Shown: piece after piece, positions 49,501 through 60,753 of the stretch
Layout of the letters: each line of letters begins with the position of its first letter
Position numbering within the stretch: position 1 is the first letter of the stretch
Assembly (NCBI GenBank): GCA_030390025.1
Contig: JASTWF010000257.1
Coordinates: 372,001 to 436,000, forward strand
From: Squalus acanthias
Taxonomy: Eukaryota
Direction: 5' to 3'
Length of the DNA: 64,000 bases
Notes under the pieces: model-generated
Database searches by the model: none
What the model saw: only the letters and a program-made list of their open reading frames with translations
Told to the model about the DNA's origin: nothing
Program-made: the position numbers and the translations under genes

Positions 49501-52500
49501 ATGTCAGTATTTACAGGAGGTCCCTGGGAGTGTGTCAGTATTTACATGGAATCCCTGGGAGTATGTCAGTATTTACAGGGGATCCCTGGGAGTGTGTCAG
49601 TATTTACAGGGGATCCCTGGGAGTATGTCAGTATTTACAGGGGATCCCTGGGAGTGTGTCAGTATTTATAGGGGGTCACTGGGAGTGTTTCAGTATTTAC
49701 AGGGGGTCCCCGGGAGTGTGTCAGTATTTACAGGAGGTCCCTGGCAGGTGTGTCAGTATTTACAGGAGGCCCCGGGAGTGTGTCAGTATTTACAGGGGGT
49801 CCCCGGGAGTGTGTCAGTATTTAGAGGGGGTCCCTGGAAATGTGTCAGTATTTACAGGAGGTCCCCGGGAGTGTGTCAGTATTTACAGGGGGTCCCCAGG
49901 AGTGGGTCAGTATTTACAAGGGGTCCCTGGCAATGTGTCAGTATTTACAGGAGGTCCCTGGGAGTGTGTCAGTATTTACAGGAGGTCCCTGGGAGTGTGT
50001 CAGTATTTACAGGGGGTCCCCGGGAGTGTGTCAGTATTTACAGGGGGTCCCTGGGAGTGTGTCAGTATTTACAGGAGGTCACATGGGAGTGTGTCAGTAT
50101 TTACAGGGGGTCTCTGGGAGTGTGTCAGTATTTACAGGAGGTCCCTGGGAGTGTGTCAGTATTTACAGGGGGTCTCTGGGAGTGTGTCAGTATTTACAGG
50201 GGGTCCCCGGGAGTGTGTCAGTATTTACAGGGGGTCCCTGGGAGTGTGTCAGTATTTACAGGGGATTCATGGGAGTGTGTCAGTATTTACAGGGGGTCAC
50301 TGGGAGTGTGTCAGTATTTACAGGGGGTCACTGGAGTGTGTCAGTATTTACAGGGGGTCTCTGGGAGTGTGTCAGTATTTACAGGAGGTCCCCGGGAGTG
50401 TGTCAGTATTTACAGGGGGTCCCTGGGAGTGTGTCAGTATTTATAGGGGGTCTCTGGGGGTGTGTCAGTATTTACACGGGTTCCTGGGAGTGTGTCAGTA
50501 TTTTCAGGGAGTCCCTGGGAGTGTGTCAGTATTTACAGGGGGTCTCTGGGAGTGTGTCAGTATTTACAGGGGATTCATGGGAGTGTGTCAGTATTTACAG
50601 GGGGTCACTGGGAGTGTGTCAGTATTTACAGGGGGTCACTGGGAGTGTGTCAGTATTTACAGGGGGTCTCTGGGAGTGTGTCAGTATTTACAGGAGGTCC
50701 CCGGGAGTGTGTCAGTATTTACAGGGGGTCCCTGGGAGTGTGTCAGTATTTATAGGGGGTCTCTGGGGGTGTGTCAGTATTTACACGGGTTCCTGGGAGT
50801 GTGTCAGTATTTTCAGGGAGTCACTGGAGTGTGTCAGTACTTACTGGGTGTCCCTGGGAGTGTGTCAGTATTTACAGGGTGTCCCTGGGAGTGTGTCAGT
50901 ATTTACAGGGTGTCCCCGGGAGTGTGTCAGTATTTACAGGGGGTCCCTGGGAGTGTGTCAGTATTTACAGGGGGTCCCTGGGAGTGTGTCAGTATTTACA
51001 GGAGGTCCCTGGGAGTGTGTCAGTATTTACAGGGGGTCAGTGTGAGTCTGTCAGTATTTACAGGGGGTCCCTGGGAGTGTGTCAGTCTTTACATGGGGTC
51101 CCTGGGAGTGTGTCAGTATTTACAGGAGGTCACTGGGAGTGTGTCAGTATTTACAGGGGGTCCCTGGGAGAGTGTCAATATTAACAGGGGGTCCCTAGGA
51201 GTGTGTCAGTATTTACAGGGGGTCCCTGGGAGAGTGTCAATATTAACAGGGGATTCCTGGCAATGTGTCAGTATTTACAGGGGGTCCCTGGGAGTGTGTC
51301 AGTATTTACTGGGGGTCCCTGGGAGTGTGTCAGTATTTACAGGGGGGTCCCTGGGAGTGGGTCAATATTTACAGGGGGTCCCTGGGAGTGTGTCAGTATT
51401 TACAGGGGGTCCCTGGGAGTATGTCAGTGTTTACAGGGGGTCCCTGGGAGTGTGTCAATATTTACAGGGGGTCCCTGGGAGTATGTCAGTATTTACAGGG
51501 GGTCCCTGGGAGTATGTCAGTATTTACAGGGGGTCCCTGGGAGTGTGTCAATATTTACAGGGGGTCCCTGGGAGTTTGTCAATATTTACAAGGGGTCCCT
51601 GGGAGTGTGTCAGTATTTACAGGGGGTCAGTGTGAGTCTGTCAGTATTTACAGGGGGTCCCTGGGAGTGTGTCAGTCTTTACATGGGGTCCCTGGGAGTG
51701 TGTCAGTATTTACAGGAGGTCCCTGGGAGTGTGTCAGTATTTACAGGGAGTCCCTGGGAGTGTGTCAGTCTTTACATGGGGTCCCTGGGAGTGTGTCAGT
51801 ATTTACAGGAGGTCCCTGGGAGTGTGTCAGTATTTACATGGGGTCCCTGGGAGTGTGTCAGTATTTACAGGAGGTCCCTGGGAGTGTGTCAGTATTTACA
51901 TGGGATCCCTGGGAGTTTGTCAGTATTTACAGGAGGTCCCTGGGAGTGTGTCAGTATTTACATGGGATCCCTGGGAGTATGTCAGTATTTACAGGGGGTC
52001 CCTGGGAGTATGTCAGTATTTACATGGGATCCCTGGGAGTATGTCAGTATTTACAGGAGGTCCCTGGGAGTGTGTCAGTATTTACATGGGATCCCTGGGA
52101 GTATGTCAGTATTTACAGGGGATCCCTGGGAGTGTGTCAGTATTTACAGGGGATCCCTGGGAGTATGTCAGTATTTACAGGGGATCCCTGGGAGTGTGTC
52201 AGTATTTATAGGGGGTCACTGGGAGTGTTTCAGTATTTACAGGGGGTCCCCGGGAGTGTGTCAGTATTTACAGGAGGTCCCTGGCGGGTGTGTCAGTATT
52301 TACAGGAGGCCCCGGGAGTGTGTCAGTATTTACAGGGGGTCCCCGGGAGTGTGTCAGTATTTAGAGGGGGTCCCTGGAAATGTGTCAGTATTTACAGGAG
52401 GTCCCCGGGAGTGTGTCAGTATTTACAGGGGGTCCCCAGGAGTGGGTCAGTATTTACAAGGGGTCCCTGGCAATGTGTCAGTATTTACAGGAGGTCCCTG

Positions 52501-55500
52501 GGAGTGTGTCAGTATTTACAGGAGGTCCCTGGGAGTGTGTCAGTATTTACAGGGGGTCCCTGGCGGGTGTGTCAGTATTTACAGGGGGTCCCTGGGAGTG
52601 TGTCCGTATTTACAGGTGGTCCCTGGGAGTGTGTCAGTATTTACAGAGTTTCCCTGGGGGTGTGTCAGTATTTACAGGGGGTCCCTGGGAGTGGGTCAGT
52701 ATTTACAGGGGGTCCCTGGGAGTCTATCAGTATTTGCAGGGGGTCTCCGGGAGTGTGTCAATATTTACAGGGGGTACCCGGGAGTGTGTCAGTATTTACA
52801 GGGGATCCCTGGGAGTGTGTCAGTATTTACAGGGGGTCCCTGGAGTGTGTCAGTATTTACAGGGGGTCCCCGGGAGTGTGTCAGTATTTACAGGGGGTCC
52901 CTGGGAGTGTGTCAGTATTTACAGGAGGTCACATGGGAGTGTGTCAGTATTTACAGGGGGTCTCTGGGAGTGTGTCAGTATTTACAGGAGGTCCCTGGGA
53001 GTGTGTCAGTATTTACAGGGGGTCTCTGGGAGTGTGTCAGTATTTACAGGGGATTCATGGGAGTGTGTCAGTATTTACAGGGGGTCCCCGGGAGTGTGTC
53101 AGTATTTACAGGGGGTCACTGGGAGTGGGTCAGTATTTACAGGGGGTCACTGGGAGTGTGTCAGTATTTACAGGGGGTCACTGGGAGTGTGTCAGTATTT
53201 ACAGGGGGTCTCTGGGAGTGTGTCAGTATTTACAGGAGGTCCCCGGGAGTGTGTCAGTATTTACAGGGGGTCCCTGGGAGTGTGTCAGTATTTATAGGGG
53301 GTCTCTGGGGGTGTGTCAGTATTTACACGGGTTCCTGGGAGTGTGTCAGTATTTTCAGGGAGTCCCTGGGAGTGTGTCAGTATTTACAGGGGGTCTCTGG
53401 GAGTGTGTCAGTATTTACAGGGGATTCATGGGAGTGTGTCAGTATTTACACGGGTTCCTGGGAGTGTGTCAGTATTTTCAGGGAGTCCCTGGGAGTGTGT
53501 CAGTATTTATAGGGGGTCTCTGGGGGTGTGTCAGTATTTACACGGGTTCCTGGGAGTGTGTCAGTATTTTCAGGGAGTCACTGGGAGTGTGTCAGTACTT
53601 ACTGGGTGTCCCTGGGAGTGTGTCAGTATTTACAGGGTGTCCCTGGGAGTGTGTCAGTATTTACAGGAGGTCCCCGGGAGTGTGTCAGTGCTTACTGGGT
53701 GTCCCTGGGAGTGTGTCAGTATTTACAGGGTGTCCCTGGGAGTGTGTCAGTATTTACAGGGGGTCTCTGGGAGTGTGTCAGTATTTACAGGAGGTCCCCG
53801 GGAGTGTGTCAGTATTTACAGGGGGTCCCTGGGAGTGTGTCAGTATTTATAGGGGGTCTCTGGGGGTGTGTCAGTATTTACACGGGTTCCTGGGAGTGTG
53901 TCAGTATTTTCAGGGAGTCCCTGGGAGTGTGTCAGTATTTACAGGGGGTCTCTGGGAGTGTGTCAGTATTTACAGGGGATTCATGGGAGTGTGTCAGTAT
54001 TTACAGGGGGTCACTGGGAGTGTGTCAGTATTTACAGGGGGTCACTGGGAGTGTGTCAGTATTTACAGGGGGTCTCTGGGAGTGTGTCAGTATTTACAGG
54101 GGGTCCCTGGGAGTGTGTCAGTATTTATAGGGGGTCTCTGGGGGTGTGTCAGTATTTACACGGGTTCCTGGGAGTGTGTCAGTATTTTCAGGGAGTCCCT
54201 GGGAGTGTGTCAGTATTTATAGGGGGTCTCTGGGGGTGTGTCAGTATTTACACGGGTTCCTGGGAGTGTGTCAGTATTTTCAGGGAGTCACTGGGAGTGT
54301 GTCAGTACTTACTGGGTGTCCCTGGGAGTGTGTCAGTATTTACAGGGTGTCCCTGGGAGTGTGTCAGTATTTACAGGAGGTCCCCGGGAGTGTGTCAGTA
54401 CTTACTGGGTGTCCCTGGGAGTGTGTCAGTATTTACAGGGTGTCCCTGGGAGTGTGTCAGTATTTACAGGGTGTCCCCGGGAGTGTGTCAGTATTTACAG
54501 GGGGTCCCTGGGAGTGTGTCAGTATTTACAGGGGGTCCCTGGGAGTGTGTCAGTATTTACAGGAGGTCCCTGGGAGTGTGTCAGTATTTACAGGGGGTCA
54601 GTGTGAGTCTGTCAGTATTTACAGGGGGTCCCTGGGAGTGTGTCAGTCTTTACATGGGGTCCCTGGGAGTGTGTCAGTATTTACAGGAGGTCACTGGGAG
54701 TGTGTCAGTATTTACAGGGGGTCCCTGGGAGAGTGTCAATATTAACAGGGGGTCCCTAGGAGTGTGTCAGTATTTACAGGGGGTCCCTGGGAGAGTGTCA
54801 ATATTAACAGGGGATTCCTGGCAATGAGTCAGTATTTACAGGGGGTCCCTGGGAGTGTGTCAGTATTTACTGGGGGTCCCTGGGAGTGTGTCAGTATTTA
54901 CAGGGGGGTCCCTGGGAGTGGGTCAATATTTACAGGGGGTCCCTGGGAGTGTGTCAGTATTTACAGGGGGTCCCTGGGAGTATGTCAGTGTTTACAGGGG
55001 GTCCCTGGGAGTGTGTCAATATTTACAGGGGGTCCCTGGGAGTATGTCAGTATTTACAGGGGGTCCCTGGGAGTATGTCAGTATTTACAGGGGGTCCCTG
55101 GGAGTGTGTCAATATTTACAGGGGGTCCCTGGGAGTTTGTCAATATTTACAAGGGGTCCCTGGGAGTGTGTCAGTATTTACAGGGGGTCAGTGTGAGTCT
55201 GTCAGTATTTACAGGGGGTCCCTGGGAGTGTGTCAGTCTTTACATGGGGTCCCTGGGAGTGTGTCAGTATTTACAGGAGGTCCCTGGGAGTGTGTCAGTA
55301 TTTACATGGGATCCCTGGGAGTATGTCAGTATTTACAGGGGGTCCCTGGGAGTATGTCAGTATTTACATGGGATCCCTGGGAGTATGTCAGTATTTACAG
55401 GAGGTCCCTGGGAGTGTGTCAGTATTTACATGGGATCCCTGGGAGTATGTCAGTATTTACAGGGGATCCCTGGGAGTATGTCAGTATTTACAGGGGATCC

Positions 55501-58500
55501 CTGGGAGTGTGTCAGTATTTATAGGGGGTCACTGGGAGTGTTTCAGTATTTACAGGGGGTCCCCGGGAGTGTGTCAGTATTTACAGGAGGCCCCGGGAGT
55601 GTGTCAGTATTTACAGGGGGTCCCCGGGAGTGTGTCAGTATTTAGAGGGGGTCCCTGGAAATGTGTCAGTATTTACAGGAGGTCCCCGGGAGTGTGTCAG
55701 TATTTACAGGGGGTCCCCAGGAGTGGGTCAGTATTTACAAGGGGTCCCTGGCAATGTGTCAGTATTTACAGGGGGTCCCTGGCAATGTATCAGTATTTAC
55801 AGTAGGTCCCTGGGAGTGTGTCAGTATTTACAGGGGGTCCCTGGGAGTGTGTCAGTATTTACAGAGTTTCCCTGGGGGTGTGTCAGTATTTACAGGGGGT
55901 CTCCGGGAGTGGGTCAGTATTTACAGGGGGTACCCGGGAGTGTGTCAGTATTTACAGGGGATCCCTGGGAGTGTGTCAGTATTTACAGGGGGTCCCTGGG
56001 AGTGTGTCAGTATTTACAAGGGGTCCCTGGGAGTGTGTCAGTATTTACAGGGGGTCCCTGGGAGTGTGTCAGTATTTAGAGGGGGTCCCTGGAAATGTGT
56101 CAGTATTTACAGGAGGTCCCCGGGACTGTGTCAGTATTTACAGGGGGTCCCCGGGAGTGGGTCAGTATTTACAGGGGGTCCCTGGCAATGTATCAGTATT
56201 TACAGGAGGTCCCTGGGAGTGTGTCAGTATTTACAAGGGGGTCTCGGAGTGTGTCAGTATTTACAGGGGGTCCCTGGGAGTGTGTCAGTATTTACAGGGG
56301 GTCCCTGGGAGTGGGTCATTATTTACAGGGGGTCCCCGGGAGTGTGTCAGTATTTACAGGGGGTCCCTGGGAGTGTGTCAGTATTTACAGGGGGTCCCTG
56401 GGAGTGTGTCAGTATTTACAGGGGGTCCCTGGGACTGGGTCAGTATTTACAGGGGGTCCCTGGGAGTGTGTCAGTATTTACAGGGGGTCCCTGGGGGTGT
56501 GTCAGTATTTACAGGGGGTCCCTGGGAGTGTGTCAGTATTTACAAGGGGTCGTTGGGAGTGTGTCAGTATTTACAGGAGGTCCCTGGGAGTGTGTCAGTA
56601 TTTACAGGAGGTCCCTGGGAGTGTGTCAGTATTTACAGGGGGTCCCTGGCGGGTGTGTCAGTATTTACAGGGGGTCCCTGGGAGTGTGTCCGTATTTACA
56701 GGTGGTCCCTGGGAGTGTGTCATTATTTACAGAGTTTCCCTGGGGGTGTGTCAGTATTTACAGGGGGTCCCTGGGAGTGGGTCAGTATTTACAGGGGGTC
56801 CCTGGGAGTCTATCAGTATTTGCAGGGGGTCTCCGGGAGTGTGTCAATATTTACAGGGGGTACCCGGGAGTGTGTCAGTATTTACAGGGGATCCCTGGGA
56901 GTGTGTCATAATTTACAGGGGGTCCCTGGGAGTGTGTCAGTATTTACAGGGGGTCCCCGGGAGTGTGTCAGTATTTACAGGGGGTCCCTGGGAGTGTGTC
57001 AGTATTTACAGGAGGTCACATGGGAGTGTGTCAGTATTTACAGGGGGTCCCTGGGAGTGTGTCAGTATTTACAGGGGGTCCCTGGGAGTGTGTCAGTATT
57101 TACAAGGGGTCGTTGGGAGTGTGTCAGTATTTACAGGAGGTCCCTGGGAGTGTGTCAGTATTTACAGGAGGTCCCTGGGAGTGTGTCAGTATTTACAGGG
57201 GGTCCCTGGCGGGTGTGTCAGTATTTACAGGGGGTCCCTGGGAGTGTGTCCGTATTTACAGGTGGTCCCTGGGAGTGTGTCAGTATTTACAGAGTTTCCC
57301 TGGGGGTGTGTCAGTATTTACAGGGGGTCCCTGGGAGTGGGTCAGTATTTACAGGGGGTCCCTGGGAGTCTATCAGTATTTGCAGGGGGTCTCCGGGAGT
57401 GTGTCAATATTTACAGGGGGTACCCGGGAGTGTGTCAGTATTTACAGGGGATCCCTGGGAGTGTGTCAGTATTTACAGGGGGTCCCTGGGAGTGTGTCAG
57501 TATTTACAGGGGGTCCCCGGGAGTGTGTCAGTATTTACAGGGGGTCCCTGGGAGTGTGTCAGTATTTACAGGAGGTCACATGGGAGTGTGTCAGTATTTA
57601 CAGGGGGTCTCTGGGAGTGTGTCAGTATTTACAGGGGGTTCATGGGAGTGTGTCAGTATTTACAGGGGGCCCCTGGGAGTGTGTCAGTATTTACAGGAGG
57701 TCCCCGGGAGTGTGTCAGTATTTACAGGAGGTCCCCGGGAGTGTGTCAGTATTTACAGGGGGTCTCGGAGTGTGTCAGTATTTACAGGAGGTCCCTGGGG
57801 GTGTGTCAGTATTTACAAGGAGTCCCTGGGAGTGTGTCAGTATTTACAGGGGGTCCCTGGGGGTGTGTCAGTACTTACACGGGTTCCTGGGAGTGTGTCA
57901 GTATTTTCAGGGAGTCCCTGGGAGTGTGTCCATTCTTACTGGGTGTCCCTGGGAGTGTGTCAGTATTTACAGGGTGTCCCTGGGAGTGTGTCAGTACTTA
58001 CTGGGTGTCCCTGGGAGTGTGTCAGTACTTACTGGGTGTCCCTGGGAGTGTGTCAGTATTTACAGGGTGTCCCTGGGAGTGTGTCAGTATTTACAGGGTG
58101 TCCCTGGGAGTGTGTCAGTATTTACAGGGGGTCCCTGGGAGTGTGTCAGTATTTACAGGGTGTCCCTGGGAGTGTGTCAGTATTTACAGGGGGTCACTGG
58201 GAGTGTGTCAGTATTTAGAGGGGGTCCCTGGGAGTGTGTCAGTATTTACAGGAGGTCCCTGGGAGTGTGTCAGTATTTACAGGGGGTCCCTGGGAGTATG
58301 TCAGTATTTACAGGGGGTCCCTGGGAGTGTGTCAGTATTTACAGGGGGTCAGTGTGAGTCTGTCAGTATTTACAGGGAGTCCCTGGGAGTGTGTCAGTCT
58401 TTACATGGGGTCCCTGGGAGTGTGTCAGTATTTACAGGAGGTCCCTGGGAGTGTGTCAGTATTTACAGGGGATCCCTGGGAGTGTGTCAGAATTTACATG

Positions 58501-60753
58501 GGATCCCTGGGAGTATGTCAGTATTTACATGGGATCCCTGGGAGTGTGTCAGTATTTACAGGAGGTCCCTGGGAGTGTGTCAGTATTTACATGGGATCCC
58601 TGGGAGTGTGTCAGTATTTACAGGGGGTCACTGGGAGTGTGTCAGTATTTACAGTGGATCCCTGGGAGTATGTCAGTATTTACAGGGGGCCCCTGGGAGT
58701 GTGTCAGTATTTACAGTGGATCCCTGGGAGTATGTCAGTATTTACAGGGGGCCCCTGGGAGTGTGTCAGTATTTACATGGGATCCCTGGGAGTGTGTCAG
58801 TATTTACAGGGGGTCACTGGGAGTGTGTCAGTATTTACAGGGGGTCCCTGGGAGTGTGTCAGTATTTACAGGGGGTCACTGGGAGGGTGTCAGTATTTAC
58901 AGGGGGTCGCTGGGAGTATGTCAGTATTTACAGGGGATCCCTGGGAGTATGTCAGTATTTACAGGGGATTCCCGGGAGTGTGTCAGTATTTACAGGGAGT
59001 CCCCGGGAGTGTGTCAGTATTTACAGGGGGTCCCCGGGAGTGTGTCAGTATTTATAGGGGGTCACTGGCAATGTGTCAGTATTTACAGGGGGTCCCTGGG
59101 AGTATGTCAGTATTTACATGGGGTCCCTGGCAATGTATCAGTATTTACAGGAGGTCCCTGGGAGTGTGTCAGTATTTACAGGGGGTCCCTGGGAGTGTGT
59201 CAGTATTTACAGGGGGTCCCGGGAGTGGGTCAGTATTTACAGGGGGTCCCCGGGAGTGTGTCAGTATTTACAGGGGGTCCCTGGCAATGTGTCAGTATTT
59301 ACATGGGGTCCCTGGCAATGTATCAGTATTTACAGGAGGTCCCTGGGAGTGTGTCAGTATTTACAGGGGGTCCCTGGGAGTGTGTCAGTATTTACAGGGG
59401 GTCCCGGGAGTGGGTCAGTATTTACAGGGGGTCCCCGGGAGTGTGTCAGTATTTACAGGGGGTCCCTGGCAATGTGTCAGTATTTACATGGGGTCCCTGG
59501 CAATGTATCAGTATTTGCAGGAGGTCCCTGGGAGTGTGTCAGTATTTACAGGGGGTCCCCGGGAGTGTGTCAGTATTTACAGGGGGTCCCTTGGAGTGGG
59601 TCAGTATTTACAGGGGGTCTCGGAGTGTGTCAGTATTTACAGGGGGTCCCTGGGAGTGTGTCAGTATTTACAGGGGGTCCCTTGGAGTGGGTCAGTATTT
59701 ACAGGGGGTCTCGGAGTGTGTCAGTATTTACAGGAGGTCGCTGGGGGTGTGTCAGTATTACACGGGTTCCTGGGAGTGTGTCAGTATTTTCAGGGAGTCC
59801 CTGGGAGTGTGTAAGTATTTACAGGGGATCACTGGGAGTGTGTCCGTTCTTACTGGGTGTCCCTGGGAGTGTGTCAGTACTTACTGGGTGTCCCTGGGAG
59901 TCTGTCAGTATTTACAGGGGGTCCCTGGGAGTGTGTCAGTCTTTACATGGGGTCCCTGGGAGTGTGTCAGTATTTGCTAGGAGGTCACTGGGAGTGTGTC
60001 AGTATTTACAGGGGGTCCCTGGGAGTGTGTCAGTATTTACAGGGGGTCCCTGGGGGTGTGTCAGTATTTACAGGGGGTCCCTGGGAGTGTGTCAGTATTT
60101 GCTAGGAGGTCACTGGGAGTGTGTCAGTATTTACAGGGGGTCCCTGGGAGTGTGTCAGTATTTACAGGAGGTCCCTGGGAGTGTGTCAGTATTTACAGGG
60201 GGTCCCTGGCGGGTGTGTCAGTATTTACAGGGGGTCCCTGGGAGTGTGTCCGTATTTACAGGGGGTCCCTGGGAGTGTGTCAGTATTTACAGGGGGTCCC
60301 TGGGAGTGTGTCAGTGTTTACAAGGGGTCCCTGGGAGTGTGTCAGTATTTACAGGGGGTCCCTGGGAGTGTGTCAGTATTTACAGGAGGTCCCTGGGATT
60401 GTGTCAGTATTTACAGGGGGTCCCCGGGAGTGTGTCAGTATTTACAGGGGGTCCCTGGGAGTGTGTCAGTATTTACAGGGGGTCCCTGGGAATGTGTCAG
60501 TATTTACAGGGGGTCCCTGGGAGTGTGTCAGTATTTACCGGGGGTACCTGGGTTTGGGTCAGTATTTACAGGGGGTCCCTGGGAGTGTGTCAGTATTTAC
60601 AGGGGGTCCCTAGGAGTGTGTCAGTATTTACAGGGGGTCCCCGGGAGTGTGTCAGTATTTACAGGGGGTCCCTGGGAGTGTGTCAGTATTTACAGGGGGT
60701 CCCTGGAAATGTGTCAGTATTTAGAGGAGGTTCCTGGGAATGTGTCAGTATTT
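28560..60753. repeat. ~32-kb satellite/minisatellite of a 31-bp unit (gggagtgtgtcagtatttacagggggtccct)n, ~1,000 units, with higher-order blocks
   Basis: Uninterrupted 30-32-nt periodicity with recurrent variant units. It explains all ORFs from 28562 to 60776. Confidence 0.98.

Noticed and set aside
28560-60753. CRISPR-like array (31-bp repeats with an internal palindrome)
   Set aside because: Units are head-to-tail with no unique spacers, there are no cas genes, and the context is vertebrate.
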